From Puniceicoccales bacterium (GTDB lineage: Bacteria; Verrucomicrobiota; Verrucomicrobiia; Opitutales; JAIRKQ01), in contig JAISBD010000022.1 in assembly GCA_031266345.1 (NCBI GenBank), positions 16,451 to 80,450 on the forward strand: a stretch of 64,000 nucleotides of DNA, read 5' to 3'. The notes beneath the pieces were generated by a model. It worked only from the letters and a program-made list of their open reading frames with translations, was not told the origin of the DNA and made no database searches. This document shows, piece after piece, positions 9,122-19,198 of this stretch. How positions within the stretch are numbered: position 1 is the first letter of the stretch; each line of letters begins with the position of its first letter. The position numbers and the translations under genes are program-made.

Positions 9122-11092
9122 GTGGTACTATTATTTCTGTTAAGATGCCTTGGATTTATCACATCGCGGCTGCCGAATAATGTAATAAGGGGCATCAGTG
9201 TGGTGCTCGGGACAGTGGCGTTTTGGGTCATGCCCCGGAGGCGTCGCATAACCCTGTCTAACTTGCACCACGCTTTCCCCGATAAAAATGGCAGGTGGTA
9301 TTTGCGCATAGGGCGGGAAAGTTTTATCAGGATGATGGAGTTGGGCATGCTGGCTATCTCCTGCAAATATTTGCCCGAAGAGCGCATCGCCGACAACTTC
9401 ATTGCATCGCCGTCCCTTGTGCGCACGATAAACAATATCAGCTGCAGCGGGCGGGGAGCATTGATTCTTGTTCCGCACCTATCCACCATGGAGGCAGCGA
9501 CGATGATTCCAAAGATCGCCGCCGTGAAATGTCCGCCCATGGGCGTAATTTACCGCCCATTCAGGAATAAAGCCTTGGAGAAATTCATCAGAGAATCGCG
9601 GGGGCGCTTCGCCATAGAATTATTTTCGCGGAAGTCCGGCATCATCGAAGCCATGAGACTTTTACAGAGGAATGGCATCGTTGCGATGCTCTTTGACCAG
9701 AACGCGGGCTGCAGCGGATACACCACCACTTTTTTTGACCGCTGCACCCAGTCCACCGAGCTGCCTGGAATCCTCGCCACCAAATACGGTGTGCCCGTCT
9801 ACTGCCTATATCCCGATAGAATCGGCCCATGGAGGGCGGAAATCAAGATAGAAAAGCTGTATCAATCGTGCAAAAATTCCGTGGAACTAATTGTTGCGGC
9901 CAACAAGTGGCTAGAAGGCAAGCTGTGTGCGAGTGAGAGTGCCTGTGCCGATTGGCTATGGGCCCACGATCGCTGGAAAATCACTTTTAACAATCCTAAG
10001 ATACTATCCCTCAACAGGGCAAGGAGTTGGCTGCCAGAAACCAAGCGGCTGCTGGGCCATAAAGTCTTTCCCAAAAAATTAAAAATATTTGTTCGGCTGC
10101 CGAACTGGCTGGGCGACGTTGTGATGGCCATTCCCGTGCTGCGCACGCTGAAAAGCTCTCGGCCCGATGTGGAGCTAACTTTGCTATGCCAGCCGCAATT
10201 CATAGAAATGCTCACCAAACTGGATCTCGCCGAACATTTCATCCCTCTACCGGAAAAGAACGGGAGATATTTTTTCAAATTTTTTAAATACAGGAAGCTC
10301 TACGCGGATATTCACATAATTTTTACCAATTCCCTGCGCGGCGATGCCGAAGCGTACATAATCAATGCCCCCATTCGACTCGGCATAGATAATAGCCATC
10401 CGCGGCCATTGCTAACCGATATTTTCAACTTCGGTCCACAGTTTGACCGGTCCAACGTCCATCAGACGAAAATATGGGGAACATTCCTCCGTGCCTATGG
10501 ACTGAAAAGTAATGTGAATTATACGCCCTACAAAATATGCCGAGAAGTGGAACCGGATTGCTTCTCAAGGCATTCCATAGGAATGATTTGCGGATCGGCG
10601 AATAATCCGGCAAAACGCTGGCCGGTGAACCATTGGCGCGTCCTTATCGAACGAATTTTAAACCACTATCCGGGCATACAAATTGGGTTCTACGGGGTAG
10701 CTTCGGACTCCAAATTGGCCGACAAAATTGTGCTGGGCCTGGGTAAGTATAGCGTCAAACAGCTATGCGGAACAACCACCCTCACCGAATTTATCCAGAG
10801 CATAGATGGCGATGATCTGATAGTCTCCGGAGACACGGGCGGCATGCACGTCGCAAGCATGTTTGGCCGGCCCCTAGTGTGCATATATGGGCCGACAAAC
10901 TCGGTGCACACGGGCCCGATTTTCAATGGCAAAAAAACAATAATTTACCCCGAAGGCTGCCCCCTTAAGGGTGGGTTTCCCATAAAAGATGTCTCTGTAG
11001 ATCAAGTATTTGCGGCAATTACTTTGACCATGGACAAGATTATCTCTATCCCGCCCCCCTCCCTGGAGGATTGGCAGGTAAACCAACTGTAG
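9122..11092 (+). CDS. fusion protein: LpxL/HtrB-type lipid A acyltransferase (N-terminal) plus GT9 heptosyltransferase (C-terminal)
   Basis: GTG start. N-terminal ~290 aa show the lauroyl/myristoyl acyltransferase pattern (..LILVPHLSTMEAA..). The C-terminal ~330 aa start IFVRLPNWLGDVVMAIPVLRTLK and end ..SGDTGGMHVASMFGRPLVCIYGPT. Confidence 0.75.
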   Translation: MVLLFLLRCLGFITSRLPNNVIRGISVVLGTVAFWVMPRRRRITLSNLHHAFPDKNGRWYLRIGRESFIRMMELGMLAISCKYLPEERIADNFIASPSLVRTINNISCSGRGALILVPHLSTMEAATMIPKIAAVKCPPMGVIYRPFRNKALEKFIRESRGRFAIELFSRKSGIIEAMRLLQRNGIVAMLFDQNAGCSGYTTTFFDRCTQSTELPGILATKYGVPVYCLYPDRIGPWRAEIKIEKLYQSCKNSVELIVAANKWLEGKLCASESACADWLWAHDRWKITFNNPKILSLNRARSWLPETKRLLGHKVFPKKLKIFVRLPNWLGDVVMAIPVLRTLKSSRPDVELTLLCQPQFIEMLTKLDLAEHFIPLPEKNGRYFFKFFKYRKLYADIHIIFTNSLRGDAEAYIINAPIRLGIDNSHPRPLLTDIFNFGPQFDRSNVHQTKIWGTFLRAYGLKSNVNYTPYKICREVEPDCFSRHSIGMICGSANNPAKRWPVNHWRVLIERILNHYPGIQIGFYGVASDSKLADKIVLGLGKYSVKQLCGTTTLTEFIQSIDGDDLIVSGDTGGMHVASMFGRPLVCIYGPTNSVHTGPIFNGKKTIIYPEGCPLKGGFPIKDVSVDQVFAAITLTMDKIISIPPPSLEDWQVNQL

Positions 11093-11254
11093 TAGGTAAT
11101 CCACAAAGAAAAGTGAATATTGCTAAAAAATTTATAAATTCGTGAACAAGCGGAGGTATGGCAAAACATCCAAGGGCTTTTTGATTTTTTTCTTGATTTT
11201 TTTTCAAAATTACGTAAAATTTACCCATCTAAACTAAACTTTGGGAGGTAAAGG

Positions 11255-11503
11255 ATGAGTATAACAGCAACAAAAACTACAACGGCAGAAACTGCAACTA
11301 AAGTTAATTTTACCACGGGTGTGGGAAAATCAGAAAAAGCACAGGGGATCTTTGGCGGTCGCCAGTTTGGTGTCGGTAAACCTAGCGAAGCTATTAAAAA
11401 AATGGTGGCGGGGGGCAAAGTGGGGGGTAAGTCGCTGGAAGGTAGAGGTGATAGCGGCCCAAAGGAACCTGCCGCTAGTGATGCCAAAGCTGCTTCGGAG
11501 TGA
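11255..11503 (+). CDS. small Gly/Lys/Thr-rich hypothetical protein (82 aa)
   Basis: Strong SD GGGAGG at 11243-11248, 6 nt before the ATG. The competing antisense ORF 11221-11745 overlaps the alaS start and looks like a shadow. Confidence 0.45.
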   Translation: MSITATKTTTAETATKVNFTTGVGKSEKAQGIFGGRQFGVGKPSEAIKKMVAGGKVGGKSLEGRGDSGPKEPAASDAKAASE

Positions 11504-11632
11504 TACTCCAATGGGCAGCACCCAGCTAGCGAGGCAGTGGATTGCGAAAAATTAGGCAATGCAAAGTGAAGTGAAAGCAAAACACCCGTGATTCTGCTTG
11601 CACTCAGGGGCAATTTACGCCACCATGCCGGA

Positions 11633-14245
11633 ATGGATTCGAGTTTGCTGCGACAGTCGTTCTTTGATTTCTTCAAATCTAAGGGCCATGCCTTGGTAAG
11701 TTCTTCATCCCTGCGACCGGAAGCACCGAATTTACTGTTTACCAACGCCGGAATGAATCAGTTCGTCCCCTACCTCCTGGGCGAACGTACGCCCGATGCG
11801 CGGCGCGTGGTCGATACGCAGAAATGCATGCGCGCCGGAGGAAAGCACAATGACCTGGATGACGTCGGCTTCGACACCTACCACCACACATTCTTCGAAA
11901 TGCTCGGCAATTGGTCATTCGGGGATTTCTTTAAGGAAGAAATCATAGGATGGGCCTGGGAGTTACTGGTTCACCTTTGGAAATTTCCGAAAAATAGGCT
12001 GTACGCAACGGTCTATCGCCCACAAAATGGTGACCCCGCAGAGTTCGATTCAGCTTCCTATGAGGTTTGGAAAAATATTTTCCTGGGAGAAGGCCTGGAC
12101 CCCGATGTCCACATAAAATATGGGGGGAAAAGCGAAAATTTTTGGATGATGGGCAATACGGGGCCGTGCGGACCGTGCTCGGAAATTCACATGGACCTCA
12201 CCCCAAATGGGGATACGAATGGCGAGCTTGTCAACGGTGGCGATGTGCGGTGCATGGAACTATGGAACCTCGTATTCATGCAATTCAATGCCCTGAACGA
12301 TGGCACGTTTGAGTCCCTGCCCCAATTCAATGTGGACACGGGCATGGGCCTGGAACGCGTGGTCGGCATAGTGAGCAAAACAAAAAATTTTACCGATTTT
12401 TCACGATTGCCCTCCAACTATGACAGCGACTTGTTTGCCGATATTTTCCAGGCCATAGGAAACATGTGCGGGCAAAAGTATGGGGGTTCCCTTCCCTCTT
12501 CGCGGGAAAAAATGACCGAAGGGGAATCGGTGGATTTCGCATTCAGGGCCATCGCCGACCACATACGCGCACTAACTTTTGCAGTGGCCGATGGCATATT
12601 CCCCTCCAACGAGGGGCGGGGCTATGTGCTGCGGAGAATCCTGCGGCGAGCCGTCACTTTCTGCCATAATCTCGGCTTGAAAGCGGGCTCTTTCGCTGAA
12701 TTATCGCGCGTCGTCGTAAAAAAAATGGGCAAAATTTTTGGCGAATTGAGCGAAAATGGCGAAACTGCACATAGGGTAATATGCAGCGAGGAAATCGCCT
12801 TTAATAGGACGCTGGAGCGGGGCATGGGCATTTTAAATGACCTGATCGCCGGAGCCGAAAACAGGATAATCAGTGGGCAGGACGCGTTTCTACTGTACGA
12901 CACCTATGGGTTTCCCCTCGACCTCACCCAGCTCATCGCTAGGAATAATGGGTGCCAGGTGGATACGGCCGTGTTTGAAGGGGAGATGGAAAAGCAGCGG
13001 GAGCGGGCTCGTTCCGCACAGAAAAAAATCGAAATTTGCTTAAATTCTGGCCCATCAAGCGGGACGGAATTCATTGGCTACGATGCCAACGGTACGCAAA
13101 ATGTCCCCTGCACGATTTTGGAAGTGATCGGCGAAGGTAATTATTTGATTCTGGATAAAACGCCATTTTATGCGGAGTGCGGTGGTCAAGTCTCCGACAG
13201 GGGAACGATCCACGTGGGGGAGCTAAGCTTCACGGTAACATCCGTGCTTAGGGATAAAAATGGGCAGATTTTGCATAAAATTGCGGAGAATGTCTCGAAA
13301 AACCTCGGAGGAAGTAAGGCTAGCGCGAGCATAGATAGGCGTGCGAGGCTGGCTTCGGCGAGGAATCACACGGCGACCCATATCTTGCATTGGGCGCTGC
13401 GCAATGTGCTCGGAGCGCATGTGAAGCAGGCCGGCTCATGCGTGGACTCGAAACGTTTGCGCTTCGATTTCAATCACTTCGAAGCCGTTTCCCAGGAAAA
13501 TTTAGCAAAGGTGGAAAGATTGGTGCAGGATAAGATTCTGGAGGGTTCATCCCTGTCGATTTTTGAAACGAAATTCAACGAAAAACCCGAGGACTGCATC
13601 GCAAATTTTGGCGAAAAGTACGGTGACATCGTGCGCGTCGTTAGGATAGGCAACTATTCCAGCGAGCTATGCGGCGGATGCCACGTGGTTAATACCTCCG
13701 AAATTTGCTTCTTTAAGATCCTTGGCGAAAGTTCGATATCGTCGGGCATTCGCCGCATTGAGGCAGTTAGCGGCGAGGAGGCGATTAATCTGGCAAATGT
13801 GCAGTTTGCCAACCTAGCAAACTTGGCTAAGATTTTTTCCTGCAAAAGCGACGACGTTGCTCCCCGCGTTTCCGCTCTTCTTGGGAAGGTCAATAGGCTT
13901 GAAACGGAAGTCAAGGCGGCGAGGAACTCACTCCTATTGGATGTCGCGGCAAATTTAGCCGCCAAAGCCAATGCCCTCGAAGGGGATATTTACGGGATAA
14001 ACGAACGTGTCAGTGGGTTTTCCACGGATGAAGTTCGTTCAATGGCCGCTTCGCTTGCGAAGAAATTTGCGGAACACGTCATAGTGCTCACGGGTGAGAA
14101 AGGCGGGAAATCGACCGTGGTGGCGATGTGCTCGGCCGAAGCCCGCGCCCTAGGATACAATGCGGGAAGCATGGTGAAAGAGATTTGCGTCAAACACGGT
14201 GGCAATGGCGGTGGCAATGGGAGCTTCGCGATGGGCGGATTTTAA
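11633..14245 (+). CDS. alaS: alanyl-tRNA synthetase
   Basis: MDSSLLRQSFFDFFKSKGH.., editing-domain HTATHILH.., C-terminal DHHA1-like region. Start moved to ATG 11633. Confidence 0.93.
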   Translation: MDSSLLRQSFFDFFKSKGHALVSSSSLRPEAPNLLFTNAGMNQFVPYLLGERTPDARRVVDTQKCMRAGGKHNDLDDVGFDTYHHTFFEMLGNWSFGDFFKEEIIGWAWELLVHLWKFPKNRLYATVYRPQNGDPAEFDSASYEVWKNIFLGEGLDPDVHIKYGGKSENFWMMGNTGPCGPCSEIHMDLTPNGDTNGELVNGGDVRCMELWNLVFMQFNALNDGTFESLPQFNVDTGMGLERVVGIVSKTKNFTDFSRLPSNYDSDLFADIFQAIGNMCGQKYGGSLPSSREKMTEGESVDFAFRAIADHIRALTFAVADGIFPSNEGRGYVLRRILRRAVTFCHNLGLKAGSFAELSRVVVKKMGKIFGELSENGETAHRVICSEEIAFNRTLERGMGILNDLIAGAENRIISGQDAFLLYDTYGFPLDLTQLIARNNGCQVDTAVFEGEMEKQRERARSAQKKIEICLNSGPSSGTEFIGYDANGTQNVPCTILEVIGEGNYLILDKTPFYAECGGQVSDRGTIHVGELSFTVTSVLRDKNGQILHKIAENVSKNLGGSKASASIDRRARLASARNHTATHILHWALRNVLGAHVKQAGSCVDSKRLRFDFNHFEAVSQENLAKVERLVQDKILEGSSLSIFETKFNEKPEDCIANFGEKYGDIVRVVRIGNYSSELCGGCHVVNTSEICFFKILGESSISSGIRRIEAVSGEEAINLANVQFANLANLAKIFSCKSDDVAPRVSALLGKVNRLETEVKAARNSLLLDVAANLAAKANALEGDIYGINERVSGFSTDEVRSMAASLAKKFAEHVIVLTGEKGGKSTVVAMCSAEARALGYNAGSMVKEICVKHGGNGGGNGSFAMGGF

Positions 14246-14263
14246 CTTGAATAAATTGTAAAA

Positions 14264-15367
14264 ATGTTACGAGCCGGCATAGTTGGACTTCCAAATGTGG
14301 GGAAAAGCACACTGTTTAACGCCCTGACACACTCCCATAAGGCGGATGCGCAGAATTACCCATTCTGCACCATCGAGCCCAATGTGGGGATAGTGGAAGT
14401 GCCTGACGATCGCCTGGCGAAGCTGGCAGCATTGTCCCGCAGTGCAAAAATCGTGCCCGCCGCCATCGAAGTTGTCGACATCGCGGGGCTGGTTGCCGGA
14501 GCGAGCAAGGGGGAGGGCCTTGGCAACAAATTTTTAGCAAATATCCGGGAAGTAGATGCCCTGATCCACGTCGTTCGCTGCTTCGAAAATAGCGACATTG
14601 TGCACAGTTCCGGTTCCATCGAGCCAATTCGCGACATGGAAATCATCAACACGGAGCTCATCCTAGCGGACCTGGAATCCCTATCGTCCCAGCTGGAAAA
14701 AAATTCACGCCGGGCAAAGGGAGGCGATAAAGAAGCTAGGGAGAATGTCGAATTGCTCAGCCTTCTGCACACCCACTTGAATGCGGGAAATCCGGCAAAT
14801 ACGCTGCAATGCGGCAAGGAGCAGGCCGCAAAAATTAAGCTATTTAATCTTTTGACCGCCAAGCCCGCGTTGTACGCTTGCAACGTCAGCGAAGGCGATG
14901 CGGCGAATCCTTCCGATAATAAGCACGTTTGCGCCGTGGCAGAATACGTGCGCACCCACAGCGGTGCTGGAATTTGTGTGATTTGCGCACAAATTGAGGC
15001 CGACATGCTCGAATTTGCCCCCGGGGAAGCCGCCGAGTTTTTGCGAGACCTTGGGATAGGGGACAGCGGAGTTTCGCAGCTGATCAAAAGTGCCTATGCC
15101 CTACTCGGCCTGTCCTCCTACTTCACCACCGGAGAACAGGAAACCCGTGCCTGGACGTTTAAAAAAGGCATGAAAGCCCCGCAGTGTGCCGGCATAATCC
15201 ATGGGGACTTCGAAAAGGGATTTATCAAAGCTGAAGTGGTGAGCTGCGACGACATCATCAATCATGGGGGCTGGCATGGTACACGGGAGGTCGGCAAAGC
15301 CCGCCTTGAAGGGAAAGATTACGAATTCGTCGATGGGGATGTCGCAATTTTTCGCTTTAGCAGCTAA
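14264..15367 (+). CDS. ychF: ribosome-binding ATPase YchF
   Basis: GIVGLPNVGKSTLFNALT P-loop, TGS-like C-terminus, 367 aa. Confidence 0.92.
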   Translation: MLRAGIVGLPNVGKSTLFNALTHSHKADAQNYPFCTIEPNVGIVEVPDDRLAKLAALSRSAKIVPAAIEVVDIAGLVAGASKGEGLGNKFLANIREVDALIHVVRCFENSDIVHSSGSIEPIRDMEIINTELILADLESLSSQLEKNSRRAKGGDKEARENVELLSLLHTHLNAGNPANTLQCGKEQAAKIKLFNLLTAKPALYACNVSEGDAANPSDNKHVCAVAEYVRTHSGAGICVICAQIEADMLEFAPGEAAEFLRDLGIGDSGVSQLIKSAYALLGLSSYFTTGEQETRAWTFKKGMKAPQCAGIIHGDFEKGFIKAEVVSCDDIINHGGWHGTREVGKARLEGKDYEFVDGDVAIFRFSS

Positions 15368-15523
15368 ATTTTATGGACATTTGACAAGTTTTTAATACAC
15401 AGTTGTCCCATGGAAATTGGGATAAGAAGATGGGGCTTAGTTGTACTAGTGCTCACATGTTTGATTGGGCGAAGTGTAGCCATTGCATCGGATAGCGACA
15501 CACAGCACACGGGGAATAGTTTT

Positions 15524-15928
15524 ATGGAAAAATCTCTAATTATACTCAAGCCGGATTGCATGCAAAAGCGCATCGCAGGGAAAATAATTACTCGCTTTGA
15601 GCGCGCTGATTTGAGCATCGCAGACTGCAAGGTCATGCGCCTCGATGAAAAAATTCTCAACGAGCACTACGCCCATCTTGCCCACCTGCCTTTCTTTCCG
15701 GAAATTGTTGATTTCATGGGCTCATGTCCGGTCATTATCCTTATTCTAGAGGGCGACAATGCAATTTCCAGAATAAGGACACTCCTCGGCCCGACGGACT
15801 CCCAGCAAGCTTTGCCGGGGACCATTCGCGGGGATTTTGGCACCGATAAGATGCGCAACATTGCCCACGCATCGGATTCCAAAGAAACCGCCGAAGCCGA
15901 AATTATCCGCTTCTTCGGCAAAAAATAA
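15524..15928 (+). CDS. ndk: nucleoside diphosphate kinase (in-frame alternative start at 15410 would add a signal-peptide-like extension)
   Basis: Core MEKSLIILKPD..NIAHASDS (active-site His context). The ORF is open upstream to ATG 15410. Confidence 0.88.
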   Translation: MEKSLIILKPDCMQKRIAGKIITRFERADLSIADCKVMRLDEKILNEHYAHLAHLPFFPEIVDFMGSCPVIILILEGDNAISRIRTLLGPTDSQQALPGTIRGDFGTDKMRNIAHASDSKETAEAEIIRFFGKK

Positions 15929-16302
15929 AGGCTCTAAGTCGGGGCAAGTCCAAAGAAATCTGAAGAATTCAACGGGGAGGTAAGGGGAAGGATAGGTTCC
16001 TTTGTCAACACCGGGTGGCGCCATCGCCGACAAAATTACGCGTGGCCGCGATAGGGCTGCTCATCCGATCAGAGCCACTGAAAGCCTGGGACGCCGACCA
16101 CATCCTCCGCGCCCCATTTCACATCCCTTCGGCAGGGGGCGAATCTTGTCATAGCGACGGAGAAGGATGCCGTACGCATGCCCAGGCATTACGTTTGCCA
16201 GTTGCCGACATATTTTTTAAAAATAGAAATAGAGATAATTTCCGGCGAAAACGTGCTCAATGGGGCGATTATGAAGTTCATCTCCGACAACAGCTAGCTC
16301 AA

Positions 16303-17430
16303 TTAATACACATCTTTCTGATACCTACCCGCTTTCTTCAGGTTTGAAAGCCAGCCATCGACTTCCGCTGCCGAAATGCCGCCGACCGTAGCGGCGATAT
16401 TTTTCAACGCGTTTTCCACGTCCACTGCCATGCGCTGGGCATTGCCGCAAATATAGAAGCTGGCCCCGCCGCGCATCCACTGCCATAGCTCCACGCGCTT
16501 CTCGGACATGCGATCCTGGACGTATATCTTGTAATCCTGGTCGCGGGAGAATGCCAAGTCCAGATTGTTGAGCACACCAATCCCCCCCAAGCGGAGCAGT
16601 TCCCCCTCTTCTAAGAAGTCCGATGCCCTGTGCTGATCGCCGAAAAATAGCCAGTTGCGCCCAATTTTATATCCGGAATTTTTCAAATATTCCCGTTCCT
16701 GGAGGAAGCCCACAAAGGGTGCAATCCCCGTGCCTGGACCAACCATTATGATGTCCGCAGCCGTATCCGATGGCAGCCTGAAAGCGGAAGTGGCGACGTA
16801 AACATCGGCGCAATCCCCTATTTGCAAGCGTGATGTAAGGTAGGTTGAAGCGACGCCGCAGCGCACATTCCCCAGAAAATTTTTATAGCTAACGGTACCG
16901 ACGATGAGGCATAGCCTGTCCCCCTGCACATTCTTTGACGATGCGATGGAGTATAGCCTCGGCGGCATCTTTTTTAATAGCTTGCACAGCTCCTCGCCAT
17001 CCATTTTTACATGGGAGAACCGCGCCAAAAGCTCAAGCAGGGAATAGTTATCTTCCCTCTCTCCGCTAAAATTTTCATTGAAAGCATCCCTATCCCGGCT
17101 CGCCAATTTTTGCACAAACGCTTCCAAGAAGCGCTTTGGAAGGTGGGTAACGCAGAAATTTTCAATCAGGGCGTCGCGGAGAGGACGGGTAACACCGCGG
17201 ATTTCAACGGGCATATCACCCTGGAGCTCAAGTAATTCCAAAATTGAATCCACTTCGCTCCCCTCATTCTTCGGATAAACAGCCAAGGTATCGCCGCAAA
17301 CGTAGTGCAAATCCCCAATGTCGAATACTAAGCGGTAAACATCCTTCCCACTGCCGACCTTGCTCAGGCGCTCGCGGGCAATCAGACGCGCAGCATAGGG
17401 ATGTTCCCTGTCATATTTCCCTTCGCCCAT
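16303..17430 (-). CDS. FAD/NADPH-binding ferredoxin-reductase-type oxidoreductase (CysJ/CPR C-terminal-domain-like)
   Basis: RLYSIASS FAD motif, GPGTGIAPFVGF NADPH motif, FYICGNAQRMA, C-terminal GRYQKDVY. Confidence 0.8.
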   Translation of the reverse strand: MGEGKYDREHPYAARLIARERLSKVGSGKDVYRLVFDIGDLHYVCGDTLAVYPKNEGSEVDSILELLELQGDMPVEIRGVTRPLRDALIENFCVTHLPKRFLEAFVQKLASRDRDAFNENFSGEREDNYSLLELLARFSHVKMDGEELCKLLKKMPPRLYSIASSKNVQGDRLCLIVGTVSYKNFLGNVRCGVASTYLTSRLQIGDCADVYVATSAFRLPSDTAADIIMVGPGTGIAPFVGFLQEREYLKNSGYKIGRNWLFFGDQHRASDFLEEGELLRLGGIGVLNNLDLAFSRDQDYKIYVQDRMSEKRVELWQWMRGGASFYICGNAQRMAVDVENALKNIAATVGGISAAEVDGWLSNLKKAGRYQKDVY

Positions 17431-17437
17431 GAAAGTC

Positions 17438-18433
17438 TCAAAGCTCGGATTTTAGTGGCCTGTTGACCAGCCCTTTGACCACATCGCCTATTTTTTGCCC
17501 CTCGTAGAGCACCGCGTGTATGGCGCTGATAATTGGCGCATCGATGCCCCGCTCCCGGCAAACAGTGTAAAATGCATGGGAAGTGTGGTATCCCTCCACC
17601 GCCGCTTTCTGCGTCTTGAAGATCTCCTCCACGCTCTCACCGGCTCCAACACGCGACCCAAAAGTGCGATTCCGACTCCACTGCCCCATGCAAGTCGCAA
17701 CGAAATCCCCAAATCCGCTCAGGCCATAAAAAGTCTCCCTCGACCCGCCGAAGGTGCATCCGATGGAAACCATCTCCCTCAGCGCCCGCGTCAGGTAGGC
17801 CGCCTTGGCATTGTCTCCGAACTTGAGTCCGTCGCACATGCCCGCCCCAATGGCATAGACATTTTTTAGGCAGCCGGCTAACTCAACGCCAATCACGTCA
17901 TTGTTCGTATAAATTCGAATGGACTGGGATGCCAATGCCCGCTGCAGGGCTTGCCCATCCCCGGAATCAACGGCAAGAACCATCGCCGCAGGTAATCCCA
18001 GGGCAATTTCCCGAGCATTGGTCGGCCCCGATAGAACGCCAAATTCAAATTCTGGGATGATGCGCCTGATTATGGCGGAAGCCGTTTCCAGATTCGCCGA
18101 TTGTATCCCCTTGCACAGCGATATCAGAAATGGGCGATTGCTCGTTTTTCCGCCCGCCCGCTTGATATCCTCGCACAGGTCAACGAGCCCGATGGAGGGG
18201 CAGCCGATGAGTGCCACTTCCGCACTCCCCAAGGCAGGTTCGACGTCGACGGTGATCCCCATATCTGCCGGCAAGGAAATCTCCGGCAGAAAATCGACAT
18301 TTTCCCGCTTGCTCAACATTATGTCAGCCTGCTCCGTAAACTTCGGAACCAGGGTGACCTGGTGGCCGATGCGGTGGCAATACAGTGCCATCGCCGTTCC
18401 CCACGCGCCTGCACCAAATACGGTAATTTTCAT
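17438..18433 (-). CDS. gpsA: NAD(P)H-dependent glycerol-3-phosphate dehydrogenase
   Basis: MKITVFGAGAWGTAMA Rossmann N-terminus and typical GpsA length (331 aa). Confidence 0.9.
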   Translation of the reverse strand: MKITVFGAGAWGTAMALYCHRIGHQVTLVPKFTEQADIMLSKRENVDFLPEISLPADMGITVDVEPALGSAEVALIGCPSIGLVDLCEDIKRAGGKTSNRPFLISLCKGIQSANLETASAIIRRIIPEFEFGVLSGPTNAREIALGLPAAMVLAVDSGDGQALQRALASQSIRIYTNNDVIGVELAGCLKNVYAIGAGMCDGLKFGDNAKAAYLTRALREMVSIGCTFGGSRETFYGLSGFGDFVATCMGQWSRNRTFGSRVGAGESVEEIFKTQKAAVEGYHTSHAFYTVCRERGIDAPIISAIHAVLYEGQKIGDVVKGLVNRPLKSEL

Positions 18434-18442
18434 AGCAAAACC

Positions 18443-19198
18443 CTACTTAATTTCTATTCCACCCCGGCCAGGCTGCGGATAAATTTTCTCCCCGTTGTCC
18501 TGCTGCACCAATAGGTGCTCGCCGCAGTCGTAAAAAATTTGAACGGGTCTATAGTAGGATATGGCCTTGGCCGTCCCCGCCGATAAATTTCCGGCGTAAA
18601 TCTTCTCTAGCGTCTCCCTCGTGCGCACGACAACCCGCACGGGGCCACTCGCCATTAAAGTTATGGATTTGCTGGGGATCAGCTCCGGAGCTACGGGGGT
18701 AATGCCCTTCAAATCTAAGGGATTCTTCCGCTCACATGCCTCAAAAATTACGGCTAAAATCAGCAAGATTGCCACTCCTATCCCGCCCAGGATAGCCAAC
18801 CGTTTCTTTGAAAATTTCAAAAGCTTCTTCCCTAAATTACTCAGCGTACCTTGAAGTTTTTTATTTTTTGGCCCAGCCGCGCCATTCTCCGCATCACCCA
18901 CTTTCTCCTCGTTGGCACTCTCAGCGAAGGCGGTGTTATTGTACTTCACTGTATCGGCAATGTGATCCTCCGGGATCGGGCATTCTGCCATGACCGCGTC
19001 CACGTCAAGCTTGAGAAACTTCGCATAATTCCTGATGAATCCACGGATGTAAACGCCGGGCAATTGAAAATCGCAATCCCCCCTTTCAATGGCTTGCAAA
19101 TACTCCTCTCCAATTTTTATTTTGGAGGCGACTTCGCCTATCGTTAAATCCGCCGCTTTGCGAGCAACGGTAAACTGTGCACCAAAATTTTCAGCCAT
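18443..19198 (-). CDS. RodZ-like HTH membrane protein
   Basis: N-terminal Xre-type HTH (..DLTIGEVASKIKIGEEYLQAIERGD..), IRGFIRNYAKFL, a single TM segment and a C-terminal beta domain. Confidence 0.7.
   Translation of the reverse strand: MAENFGAQFTVARKAADLTIGEVASKIKIGEEYLQAIERGDCDFQLPGVYIRGFIRNYAKFLKLDVDAVMAECPIPEDHIADTVKYNNTAFAESANEEKVGDAENGAAGPKNKKLQGTLSNLGKKLLKFSKKRLAILGGIGVAILLILAVIFEACERKNPLDLKGITPVAPELIPSKSITLMASGPVRVVVRTRETLEKIYAGNLSAGTAKAISYYRPVQIFYDCGEHLLVQQDNGEKIYPQPGRGGIEIK

Noticed and set aside
11221..11745. The 174-aa minus-strand ORF overlapping the small plus-strand gene and the alaS start.
   Set aside because: It is antisense to an SD-preceded ORF and to alaS, and its composition (Pro/Ser/Leu-rich) is typical of a shadow frame.
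14356..15087. Long antisense ORFs inside well-supported genes (for example 833-1333-, 14356-15087-, 17919-18482+, 20651-21121+, 22619-23137+, 35577-36128-, 44511-45017-, 49847-50320-, 58569-58976-).
   Set aside because: Each lies fully within a gene with strong family motifs on the opposite strand. None has an independent motif, SD site or intergenic context.
15929..16302. The 374-bp GC-richer spacer between convergent ndk and the oxidoreductase as an ncRNA (RNase P RNA, cobalamin riboswitch, tmRNA).
   Set aside because: It contains GCCACTG and GGCAAGTCC strings. It lacks the RNase P GGAAAGTCCGGGCT/ACAGAACCCGGCTTA blocks, the wider B12-box context and tmRNA ends on either strand. A riboswitch downstream of both genes would also be misplaced. 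It is left unannotated, and a cmscan would settle it.
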